From contig JBITNC010000001.1 of NCBI GenBank assembly GCA_050084985.1, positions 25,792,001-25,856,000 of the forward strand: DNA of 64,000 nt. The letters are read 5' to 3'. Below the pieces are notes generated by a model. It searched no databases. It worked only from the letters and a program-made list of their open reading frames with translations, and had not been told where the DNA came from. Made by a program: the position numbers and the translations under genes. Every line of letters begins with the position of its first letter. Positions within the stretch are counted from its first letter, which is position 1. This document shows, in pieces, positions 1 through 13,300 of the stretch. Source of the DNA: Nageia nagi (lineage: Eukaryota; Plantae; Pinophyta).

Positions 1-299
1 GTTAAGCCCTTTTAATCTCTTATTCTCCCTCTTGGTTTTTAAAGGGTGTTTCTCAAAGGAGTCCCTTCAAACAAATTAAAGTGATTCATGTTTAGTGTTG
101 TTAAGGTTTGTTAAGGATTATTGATTTTTTGATAGTTGAAGGTTGTTACCCTATTCCTTTGTGATTAAAAATTAGTTTTGATCAAGGATTAAGGGTCTAA
201 ATTGCACTAAGTCTAGAACATATAACCTTTTAAATCAAAAGTAACATTATAACTCCTTATTACCACCTTGTAGATGAACTTATTCATTAGTGAATGAGG

Positions 300-3200
300 A
301 TGATGTTGTTTGCAATACCACATATAAATTAAATATTTTAACATAGGACCTCACATTGAGAATCTACTTACTCATTAGCGATAAGATAGACTTCTTTGAA
401 CAAAAAAATTAAATACATAATCAATTTACTTGAACAACAATCCTTAGATCTCTCTCAAATTCTTCATGTATGACAAAATATCATCAACATGCAAGTTGAA
501 AAAATTTCACAACTAGAAAAATGTATCTTTTAGATATAGCCTGAAGTTTGTCTACTCGAATAAATTACAAACTTGCAATTTGAACTTAATGCCTACTATA
601 AAACATACAAGTTATGCCTTATTAATACATGAATTTTTTTCAATTTACATGCTAAAGTCATAACCAAATTTAAAGACTTTACCTCTAAATATGAATAACT
701 AAAAATTGAAACTACTTGGGCCTAAGTAGTCAAAGGAAATAAACAGACTAAGCCATCTCCTTTGGTTGAAGTTTTCGTTTAAGCCAATTATAAATAAGAA
801 AGGGTAAGATAAATTGAATCCCTCAACCTTTGTGTGAGTGGTATTATACAACAAATAACCCATTGGATACAACCACATATTTCTTACATGATACATTACA
901 ACAACTTAATAATGTCCCTTATTGTGCATGGATCACACATAACAACATTTTAGTCATTATCTTCAATACCTAATTGAAAGATAGGCTTGTTATTTATAAA
1001 TCTTAAAGATTATTTTTATTCTTATAGACAAGATATTTCTTGATGAGGACTTGAATAGGATGTAATACGAAGAGCTCAATGTTAATAGAACTAAAATGAT
1101 TGAAGCTAAAAAACAAATAAGGCACATGGTTTATTCTTTAAAATGCTAGAGTTTGGATACATGATATACCTCCTTTAGGATGGAATAAATCTCGGCCCAC
1201 ATCAATATGATGTCAAGTATTAGGTCTTTAATATCACATCAAAATTATTGTATGGAATTATGGTGGCTCTTTGTTCTCTTATCTAGGTTCATCAAAAATA
1301 TAATTTATGAAAATGATCACATCCTTCTGACTAAAACATAGTTAAAACCACTACCATCTAATATAAAGTTTTCTTAGTTTTATACATATAAAGCATAGGC
1401 TCACCACATTATTAAAGGATCTAGGGATATCACTTACTTATATCATGAGCACTTTATGTTATGTATTCATTTGGAATGTTCATATCTCCATAATAGATAC
1501 ATATGGATCTCTATTGATATGAAGCCAATGTTTAGACGTCTCTACATAGTAATATATTATTTTCCTCCTATATACTGATTGCATTTTATTGTAAATGATG
1601 AAGAATCATCATATCTGGATGTTAACCTTGATATTTTCAAATTTTCCCTCTTGAGTGATATCATTCTATTAGGAGACTTCAATATACAAGCATGCATGTC
1701 CTAATGTCGCTTACATGATATTACTTCAAACCCTCTTCGATTGTTAGAGATTGACTTCCATGATTTAGGCTTGATACAAAAGTCAAATGGTGTTGGAAAA
1801 AATATCACATCTTATATAAAACACCTACTTAACAAGGGTGTAGAATATAATTTTATTATCCTAACCAAAATTTCTCAATTCCCTTGATCTAGATATTCTA
1901 CTTGTTTCCCTTTTGTTAATAGCACTAGTATGGTTGATTATGCTTTAACCAATCTCCCCTTTTCTTTCTCTATCATTAGTTTCAATGTATATGATAATCC
2001 AAACTTATTTGATCATGCTTATATCACCCTTGACCTCACTTACCATACCTCCTTGCTCACACCCTCTCTCTTTATCTCACTACTCCCCAATTCCACTTTG
2101 ATAATAATCTTAATAATATCTATATAAAACATGTAAATAAGCATCTTTCTAACCTCTACCATATACAAGACCCTATCTTGACGGTATATTATTTCTTTAA
2201 AGCTCTATTGACAACCATGCACCCTTAAATCCTTCATTGATACCATTAACACCGACCCCCTTGCTCTCATTATGGTCATTTCCCCTATAACTCATAGTTT
2301 GATAATGAATGCAAGACTCTCCATAAAATTACCCATCTTGCTATTTAATACAACCCTTTTATTGGTAAATAATCCCAAAAAACTTATCACAACCTCCCCA
2401 AAATATGAAGAGGCAATTTATTGGTGTGAAAAGATTAAGAATCATCAATATGTTGAAGATGAATTCTAAAATCTTTTGTCATCTATTTCTCCCTAGGTAT
2501 TTCTTATGCTCTATCACTAACCTGTATGACTAGTTCACTTATGCCTTTACTCTCTACAATATCATGAATCAACCTTCCATTATCCCCAACCCTTGACCTC
2601 ATCCTTACCATTTCTTTACTAATATAAGATGATCTTATGAGCTATCCACAAGCTCCAAACTAGCAAAGATGTTGAATTTGGAAAACTAAGTGTTGAAATC
2701 CATGAGCACATTCATGTAGTTTTGGTTTTTCGTATTGTTTAAATGTTCAACTAAATCTCTTCTCATGGGTCTCCCCTTTCATGGACGTCTAATATCATCC
2801 ATCCTATTCACAAATCTAACAAACGTTATGGATCTTAGAAACTAATGAACGCTTATGATTCTACATACCTTAGCAAAAATATTCATCATGACTTTTAATG
2901 CTTTCACATCTAATTTCTCTAAAAAAAATAAAATCTCCATATACCTGGTCAAGCATGATTTCATGGAAAATAATGCATCATTGATCACATCTGCATGCTA
3001 TGTGCCACCATTGAAGAGGCTCGAGCCTATAAACAAAAACATTATTTTGCTTTGTTGACTTTCATAAAGCCTTTGATACAATCCCTAAACATATTCTATT
3101 TCAAATACTTGGGGATCTAGGGATCCCTCAAGAAGTCATATCGCTTTTCATGACCTTAGATGAACATGTAGTTGGCCAAGTTTGTGTTGGTTTTCACCTA

Positions 3201-3570
3201 TCCGATAATTTCTATAGCAGTCTTGGTGTCAAACAAGTTTTCCCTCTCTCACCTACTCTATTTGGGATCTATATTGATGAATTTGAGGAGTTGATCTCAA
3301 ATGCCTTGGGCCTAAGTATGGGTTTCTTATTACATGGTTTTATTATCTCCATTATGATCTTTGTAGATGATGTTACTTTATTGTCTCACATAACAACTAG
3401 GCTTCAATGTCAGGTCAATACTTTGAGTACATTTTGAAATAACCATAGTCTTAAAGTTAATCTTAAAAAGATAAAGGTAATTTCATTTAATATGTCAAGA
3501 AAAAATGCTTCCAAAACCCACCATACTTTCCAAAGGTAACCTGTTGAGATAATCACCTCCTATGGGCATT
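300..3570 (+). mobile_element. Heavily degraded non-LTR retrotransposon (RTE-X/L2-like LINE) with ORF1, APE and RT remnants
   Basis: IFLDEDL (1033, ORF1-type), IIVWN-GG (~1245), IILLGDFN (~1660), [12 protein letters not shown] (~2782), FCFVDFHKAFDTIP (~3045), GVKQ.PLSPTLFGIYIDE and IFVDD (ORF 3150..3437). Many stops and frameshifts; ends approximate. Confidence 0.8.
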
Positions 3571-5407
3571 AATATCAAATTTCAATTTCAATATGACCTA
3601 AAACATAGGCACTTTATCTCTAACATTCGACAAATTTCGTGATTGAGTAATCCCAAAATGCATGTGCATTTATTCTAGCACCATTCAAAGGAGAATCATC
3701 TTCAAAATTACTATTCCATAATCATCTTTATATTATTCAAAATTATCCAAATATATCATTTGACCATAGCTAGGTTTGCCCTCTAAGATTACAAGTTGTC
3801 CACTAACAAGCCTCCAATCCTCTATCCTCCAAATAAATCTTCTCTTGTCTCCTTATGAATTTACAAAACCCTAGTTACCAAATCATATACTACATATTGT
3901 TGTCAATATATTTTCATTATGTATATAAAATAAATGTGCAATGTTTTAATACATTATTCTTTATTTTGTGTCCAAAATGACAAAAAATAATCAAACAATA
4001 TAATTGCCAGGTTCACCCCTAAGAAATAAAGGAGCCACACTTAATAATGGTAGGTATAAAGGTAATTGTGTTAGTCTTACTTGATTCATGATGAGTATTG
4101 AAATTAAAAATAACCTAAAATTAAAAATCAATTATCTTAACTATTTGAAGATAAAAGAAAATCAAGCCAACCAAATTTCTACAAACTATCTCAAACTATG
4201 TGTTTGTTGATAGAATCCTTAAGCCCTCCAACGTCTATAGGATAATATTCATGAGGCACGAGCAAAAGTCCATACCCTCCTCTAAGTAAGTCCATATAAA
4301 CAATATAGCTTTATATAATAAGTTTTGAGCATTTTATGTGAAGTTGCTAAGGAGAATTTCATCTTGCATTGCTCTAAGCAAGATGCGTAAGAAAGAAACC
4401 TTAGTTTTTGTTTGGTTTTATAAGCAAATAACAATACTATTTTTTATGATTGGAAAGTTTACATGTCTTTTTTAAAGGTTGTAATAAGTAAATTGTTAAT
4501 GATATATATATGAAATTAGTTTTGGTTAAACTTTGAGGCTCTTTGTGTTATTTTCAGCCACTTAACAATTGAGCTTTGAGTTGACAATTATGTTGAGGTT
4601 TGAGCTCAACTTACATTAGGGTTTGAACCAATAGCCTTACCTTTGTTTTTGTTGTTTGAAGTAATAATCCAACAATTGCATTATCCCTTTTAGGTGCAAA
4701 TGATCTTGCCTGAGGTTTGGACTTGGAACAATATGCTAACAAAGGAGAGTCACAAATTTTATAATTCAAGAATTGACACAAAATATGAATGTTAGACAAA
4801 ATGGCATACAAAATATGTAACTTGAATCATTTATCTCTAACATCCATATTGATCAATTATTTTAAGCTCGTGTGCAAGTTTGATTTCAAATGCAAATGCA
4901 TTTTCTACTGAACATATCAAATGGCTTAACTATGTTATACGATGGTCAATATATGGCTAGAAGATTAATGATAACCATGGATATTCAAGAAAGATTAGGA
5001 TTTGAAGGTAAACAACTCAAACACAAGAAAATCACTTACTTCTAAAGAAAACACTAACAAAACGTTTAACATAACATGTACCATGCTCTATCATACTTAC
5101 AAAATGTTAACAGTTAGAAAACTTGAAGGAAAAAAGAAAATTTTGAAAATTTTGTATGTTTTATGATGAAAAAATTTTCGTAATGTTTTATGATGAAATA
5201 TGGCACCAATCTACCTAATCAGAATAAAGATTTCAAGTTATTTGCATGGAGTTTCAAAAGTATGTAGAGGTAGAATTGCATTAGGGATCATATCATTACC
5301 TCATAGAACATCTTTAAGGAGAAATTTACAAAGATACTTGTTTGACATCATGGTCAATTTTAGCAACTATTAGATAAGATAAAAATTTTGACATCCTTTT
5401 AAATTCA

Positions 5408-5427
5408 TTATATATATATATATATAT
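5408..5427. repeat. (TA)n microsatellite
   Basis: Direct sequence. Confidence 0.9.
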
Positions 5428-7295
5428 GAATGATTGTTTCTAACAAAATTAAGATGTATAATAAAATCACCAAACTTGTTTTGGTTGTGTATTGTAACAA
5501 AAACAGTTGCAAACTAACTTTAAGTCTCTAAACACAACTTGATTGGTAAAATTAGAAGCTTACAACAATGAACTTAGCATATGGGAGATTACATATGAGA
5601 ATTAATCTCTATTATTTAAAATAAACATAAATACCATGTAGTAAATATCTAGAAAGCACCCTCACATAAGATATCCTAAGGAAAATATAATCTAAATCAT
5701 CATAAAAAAAGGTAAACTGAAATTCTTTTGTTGTTCTAGCTAACATAAATTTACTTTTTTGGGAAGAGCTAAAATAATTCAATTGATAGAGATATATCTT
5801 TTCCATAAGAAAAATCAATATATATTTGAAAATACGATTTATGAATTATTTAATATGAATACAAACACAAAATACAGATAAAATATGTAAAGATCAAAAT
5901 TATATGATGTAAAATCTACATGTAAGATAAAATAAAAATGTATAATGAAGATCAAAAGACAAGGGAGAAATGTAGAACAATTTATGGTTACAAATACAAA
6001 CGAATAATCTGATGCACATAATAATAAGCAATCTATATTTATGTCTTCAATGGCCAAAAAAATTGCTCTAAGGATTTAGAATGTATTATTTATTACAACT
6101 TTTCAAAGAACTAAGACTTGTTATTTTGTATAACAATGAGAAGAAGTATTAAGCACTTTGCTTATTCAAATCATAAAATAAGCTGTATTATCTTTAATTG
6201 GAATCTGTCATTATATGATGATTGAATAACAATGTGAAATGGTCGCTAGATTCAAATACGTCATTTACCATATCCACTTCACCAATTCTCAAAGATAACA
6301 ATCTCCCATTTGATCTTTATAGGGTTTTCCCTCTTTCTTCTCAACTAATTTTACTGTTCCAAGAAGGGTTGCATATTATCTTCGATAAAATGGATTTTGG
6401 AATTTTGCAAATTTTAAACATTCAATGCTAATTTATGAGGCATGTGCAATAAGATTCACAGCATAAGAACATCAAACCATAGAAAGTCAAAATTGTTTCA
6501 AACACAAAAATTTATGTTAAACGTCCAATTCGAGGATGATTTAATAAGGGATGGCTTCTACATCTCATTTGTGACCAACAATTTTCAAATATTTTTCAGC
6601 ATAAGTATGAACTCAACAGTTAAAAACTAATATATGGTTAGATGCTCATGAATCTCCACAACGAGTATTGTCCACTATTTATTACTTAGCAAGACTATTA
6701 TTTAAAGTTTTCCTTTAAAACATTACTGAATTTTAGTCTTATTATTACAATAACCCTGACAAAAATATTAGTGAATCTTTTCGCTGAATAAAATTTGGAA
6801 TGATTATTATATTGTCCATATCTTCTACAATGAGTAGTCTCACATTAATTACTCTTTAAAAAAAGTCCGTGGAATATAAGATAATACAAACATGTTTACA
6901 TTTTATATTTACACCATTATGATGTCACTGAGCATAGTTTAGTTTATAAATCTTAAAAACTTCGTATTTTCAAACTATCACAAATACTCTCGAGGTCTGA
7001 CAAAAATCACAATAATGAAGGTTATACAGCGACAACCATGAGAGAATGAATCTCGTCCTTGTCAAGTTACTCTTTATAATAACTTTTTATGATGCTGCAA
7101 AAACATAAACAATAAAATGATTATTTATTACTTACCCTCTTGATTAGTCTTGATAAATGCAATCTTGCATATATACACTTAAAAGATCTAGATAAGTAGA
7201 GGGGTCCCAGTAGCCAGTCCTGTAAATAGGGTTATGATTGCAGTATCAGTTCAATGCAAGCAAAGACAAAAAGAAGATGAAGTCAACATTATTTC

Positions 7296-7376
7296 CTATG
7301 TATTACATTCCACAGGAAGTCCGCTTTGAACCCATGCAGAATAGCCACCCCCTACATCAGTGATGCCTGTAAATTC
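7296..7376 (-). CDS. STR16: Rhodanese gene exon 6 (terminal coding exon)
   Basis: ttgcttcag|GAATTT...ACA TAG; encodes [26 protein letters not shown], the canonical C-terminal rhodanese motif. Phase 0 matches exon 5 across a 24,394-bp intron. Confidence 0.9.
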   Translation of the reverse strand, partial: EFTGITDVGGGYSAWVQSGLPVECNT

Positions 7377-10300
7377 CTGAAGCAATAACAAAATACAAAT
7401 TTAGCAAAAAAATTGCTTCAGGAGATGACAATTTTCCAAAACTAGAACATATCTAGAGTACATTTTCTTTTATGACTGAAAAAGAAATAATGTGACAGCT
7501 GAAGTATTTGATCGATCAAGCCAAATAGTATTGTGTGACGAGTAGATATTCTAGTCATGACCACCTATTTGCACAAAAAATAGCTTCTGTAACTCTTAAT
7601 TTTAATTCTTATTTTTAAATTCCATACATTATAAAAGCTCATAACGTTTGCATAGTTGTAATCGTTAAATCCTTTTTATTATTGTAAATGAACACCCAAG
7701 TGAAAAATGAAAATCTGCTTCACATGAATAGCATATGATAAATATTCCCAAACACTGACTTGTCCTATTAAATATCTGCAATACATAGCATGACCACCTA
7801 TTTGCACTAAAAATAGCTTCTGTAACTCTTAATTTTAATTCTTATTTTTAAATTCCATACATCATAAAAGCTACATAACGTTTGCATAGTTGTAATCGTT
7901 AAAACCCTTTTATTATTGTATATGAACACCCAAGTGAAAAATGAAAATCTGCTTCACATGAATACCATATGATAAATATTCCCAAACACTGACTTGTCCT
8001 ATTCAATGTCGGCAATCAATAGCAACATCCTGGTATATTTGTACTAGTTAGTTTACTTTTCAATTGGAAGTCTGGAACTGCCAGTAGACAATAAGATTGA
8101 CCAAGTTTGCAGGACTGCTGCTACATACGATTGACCCAGCTTGATGATTAAAGACAGACACTGAAATTAAAAACAAAAGTAACGAGAGAATACATAAGAA
8201 TTGCATGATAGGTATCTAGGGGATTAATTAGACCCCAAACACTGGTATTGATCTATGATGGATGTAAGGCAAGACGTTGTACCTATGACCTTAAGAATCC
8301 GTGACATTATGGCAAATGCAACCCAAACAAACTCAGACTCCAGTATTGCTGTGCAGAAGGATGCATTTAATGGGCCACAATTGAAAGCTTTATAGAATTA
8401 GAAGCTCTCATCAAGATGTGAAGTACATGGATGTCTTGTTCAACAATGAAAATCCAGTTGATGTACTGATATATGATGCTTTAAGGAAATTAATCATGAA
8501 AAGCAAAGACATTTTATCTGTGACGTTTTAGAATCCATGAGATTATCGTAAATGGGGCCCAAACAAACACAGACCCTAGTACTGCTGTGCAAAAGGAAGC
8601 AGTTAATGGGCAACAATTGTAAGCTTTATAGAATTAGAAGCTCTCATCAAGATGTGAAGTACATGGATGTCTTGTTCATCGACAAAAATAATGTTGGTCC
8701 TTTGAGGACACAAACATCATATGCTGAAGTGTACATGAGTGTTGCACTAAGTATCAAGGATGGAAGGCCCTTTTTAGGGGACATCACTGATGCCGAATAC
8801 AAAACATGATGAAGTTTCATGAGGATGCTTAGGTAATGGAAACGGGATGTTCAAGGGATAGATATGACTCCTTGGGCACAACAGATTCATATGCATGTAA
8901 CCTAGGATGTACCCTATGCAAATGAAACTAGTTTCCTTTAATATTTATTTATACACTTGAATTTGCATTTTAGCTATTTAAAATGGTTTTATTGAAGTGT
9001 TTTATTTGATTTCAAAATGTCAAATTAGACCCACGTTGGGTAAATCAAGATTAATTTAAGTGAAATTCTCTAATTTACTATTATATTATGTGCACATTGT
9101 TCTAAGTGGGCCCACCTAAGTAAACTCAAAAATCAAATTTGTGAATAATTTATAAGGCACTCCCAAGTGATCATTTCACATGTGGAAAAATAATAAGCAA
9201 TCATCATTATGATTTACAACAAGAAGAAAGCAATAACACAACATATCTTCAATCACCATGGCAATATTATCAAAATCATCCTAACGGCTAAAAGAACAAA
9301 TTGATTGTCCAAAATGAATGTCCAAGATGAAATGTCCAGCATTATGACACCTAGGCTTAAAATACCCAATGTTTTGGCATCCAAGCCCAAAACACCTAGC
9401 ACTCTAGCACCATAAGCCTAGAATGCAGATGTTGTAGTCTCGAGTAGCCCCTACGATTAAACCATATCATTCCGGATGTCGCATATTAGTTCTAGAATCA
9501 TACAAGACAGAATCATCATTTTTTGAATCATTACCTCAAAATTATCTTCAAGATTATCAATTTCATAATTATCTCTAAAATTATCTAGATTGGTTGTAGC
9601 TAAAGGTTTGTTGGAACTTATAATGCAATATTGTATATGTGTAAATAACTTAGATACGTTCCTAATTAATTGAGAATTAAAGGAACATATGCAACACCCA
9701 AGTTAAAAGAAAAAATATTTTGTAATGATATGGAATAATCTACTTATTATAAAGTGTGGATTATCCATGTATGCAAATGTGGAGCCCCATCTATTTTTTA
9801 TTAAGGGTACTTCCACGTGTATGTAGATTCACACATTTAAGATAAAAGTGTGGGCATATGTAACTATTAAATAACCATAGGTGGAAGGCTAGGCCTTGAT
9901 GTAAAACATATAGTTTTAGAAAGCATTGTTATACTAGTTTTGTTGAGCTAAAATAGAGTAGCTCATGTTAGGAGAAATTATGGCCATAGAGCAAAATTCT
10001 TTGTAAAGCCTTTGAAAGATTAATAGATTGATGTTAAAGTAGATGTTTCCTCTCTAAGTGCAAAAAGAGGTTTTACCGCTATATATTGATGTTATTATGA
10101 ACTTGAATACTATTGATTTGTTGGAGAAACAAGTGATCTTGGTTATGGAATCTTTCAATTCCATCGTGTGGTATCATAGCCAACTTGTGGTCACCTTCTT
10201 CAAGTTTCAACTTTGTCATCTTGAGGTAACTTTAATTCAAGATATATCTAACATTTAACCTTGTTTAATTTTAGAAACTAAAAAGTTAGATCTAACATTT

Positions 10301-13300
10301 TTTATGGCTAGATTTTAGATCTTGTGAAAATTTTCATAGTTAAATATAATTTTTTTGTTGGAGTTTGTTCCCTGATACATGGCACCATGAACTCTTAAGC
10401 TTAGAGCTATGACTAAAGAGCATCCACACTGTCAAAATCCACATGGGCATGATCCTCGCCTCATCCACACCTATCATCAACTTGATAGGATTTTAGGTAT
10501 GTTTCAACTTTTAGGGGAAGAGAGTTTTGAACCTGGGCCTCTCTTATCCGAAAGCTTTGAACTACCCACCTCTCCAACTCCCCTATCCGTCAATTCATAT
10601 TTTTTTTTATAATTATATTTTAAACTATGTTAGATCTTCTTATATAGTTGCAATTTTTTTTGCAAAATTTTAATTTATTATATTCCAATTTTTCTTCTAA
10701 AAAAAAAATTGGAATATACTATTCAATAAAAATATTAATGTTGCAAATTTACAAAAATCCAATTTGTGATTTTTGTAATTTTTTTTTGGAAGAAAGCTTA
10801 AAATATTTGATTATATTTTTTTATAATTATATTTTAAACTATGTTACATCTTTTTATATAGTTGCAATTTTTTTTCCAAAATTTTAATTTATTATATTCC
10901 AATTTTTCTTATAAAAAAAAAATTGGAATATACTATTCAATAAAAATATTAATGTTGTAAATTTACAAAAATCCAATTTGTGATTTTTTTATTTTTTTTT
11001 GAAAGAAAGCTTAAAATATTTGATTATATTTTGTACAATAATAAAATAAGTTGCAAAATTATACTATTAAATAGTATTCTTGAAAAAAAAATTTACAAAA
11101 AAAAGGGAACCTATATTTATATATATATATATATTATATATATTATATATATATATATATATATAATCAATGAGGAGGGTGTGGCCCCCCAACCAGACTG
11201 AAGGTTGTTTGCCCCCTACTATGGGTGTCCACATGCTTGGGGAGATCGTAGCCCCTATGGGGTGCCTGAGGCCCCCATGGAGCACGTCTCCCCCCAGGGG
11301 CCACACTCCTCCCCGCCCATCGAGCTTTCGTTTCATATAAATTAATTTCAAAAAATAATTGTATTGTAATAAATACTGTAAAATGCAATGTGCATACATC
11401 CAATAATGAGGCTTCAGTGTTTATTTATACATTTACTCTGTCCGAATCTCACCTAGGAGTCATCCCAAGCCCATCTAATCCAACATTGGCCTCTTAGGGG
11501 CCCGAGTCAACTAACGTGGGTGCCTAAGGGTTAGGCATGCCAATGTAGAGGACCAAGGTGCATTAAGTACCAATGTCAAGTCCTAGATGTGCCACGCATG
11601 CCCATGTGGGTCAATAGTCATGTGTGGGGGTCCTGGAGTCAACCTGAGCCAACGTGGGGTGTGTGGGGTCCTCCCCAAGCCTGGCGCAAGCATACAAGTG
11701 GTCGTCCATTACTTTAATACACAAATAGACCTTGGGATGCCCACAATCATTATCGGGATCTCCAAGTACATAATAAATGCCTAATCTAACCTTAGGAGGG
11801 AGACGTTCCACTTGGGGCTCACAGTGGGGTCCATTGACCCATTAAGTCTCCTATCCTAAGTTACAATAATGTAAATACAAGTACATGAATAAAGTATATT
11901 ACAAAGGTGACCCTTCCGGTCCCACTAACTGAACAAGGGGGATGTCACATTGGGGTCATATGTGTGAATTGCAAGAGGAGTGTAATGGAAGTTGTCAACT
12001 TAATCATCGGTAAAAGCCATTACGGCCATGGGCATCTGATAATTATTTCCTACATCTCCAAGCATAAAGCTCATAGTATAATTTTTACCCGATTTTTTGT
12101 CCACCATCTATGATATAATCCTTCTTTCTTGGACAACAACTTTATGGCTCTTTTTCCCTCTGCTACTTTGTAGTGGTTCAAGTCAATATATCTCATGGCC
12201 TTGATGGACTCCACTATTCACCCTAGAAACGCAGATGTTGTCACATCCAGATTAAAGGGCAACAACACCCCCAATGTCACATCTCGAAACATCCACAACC
12301 CCTCCTCAAAATCCCAATTCACCATAAGGTTGTATGCATTGCATTGCAAGTCTCAAACCCACTTTACCTTATCTTTGAATACACACATACATTACTATGA
12401 AATAAAACGTCAAGTGAATTTGCTTTGGATTTATCTGGCGTGGAAATTTGTTTGATGGCAAAAACGTCAATAATTGGGCCACGGGTGGGATCTTCTTCCA
12501 TGCCAAGATTGCGAAAAATGACCTCCATGGTCTTGGTCTGATGGGGCATGGAAGGCCCAGGCATAGGCATCCCATCCTCTGATGTTATACAATGCTTGCA
12601 AATACGGCTTTTCTCCATCTTTGACTTTAGAGTTAGCAGTGTGGGATGCCATATCATGGGCCCAGACCTTCGATTGCATTAAAAGCCGAAATTGACATAC
12701 ATCTTGAGATAACACATAGAAAATAATAAAATAAGTTGAAAATCTATTCTCTTTTCTTTAATGAGGATAAGGCCAACTAACACATTTTCTTGTGCTTGAC
12801 AATAATTATAAAAGAAAAATTCTATATGATTGAATTTTGATTTCAAGGTTATTGGTGTAAACAAGGAAGAGTTATTTTGCGAACTTTCAATAGATGGTTG
12901 AGTTTCCCTTGAACTTGGGGGTGATATTCCTCTTTAATTTATTGACAGCTAGTTAATATAGCATCAATACTAATGAATTGTTTTTAGGGTAAGTGATCAA
13001 TGCAACAATTTTTTTTGGTAGGTGCAAAATTTTGCAATTATTGCAAATTTTCGAAGTAAAATTGTTTTGCAATATTTGACATATTTTTTACCAATTTTTT
13101 TAACAAATTGACAAATTTTTGTAGGCCAAATATTATTTTTGCAAATAGTTATATATTGATATAGTATTAATATTTATATCAAATATATTGCAATAGTATA
13201 AAAGTCAATTTTTTGTAAAATTGAAAAGTTTTTTTAAATAAACTTCAAAGTCAATTTTTTTATCAATCTTAAGAAATCTTGAATATTAGACTTTCTTAAG

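Noticed and set aside
6200-6650. Possible hAT transposase remnant (minus strand C-MPHKLAL resembling HCxAHxLxL)
   Set aside because: Single weak, frameshifted motif; no TIRs or TSD found.
8770-8792. CATCACTGATG matching part of exon 6 in opposite orientation
   Set aside because: Only ~11 bp match; compatible with chance.
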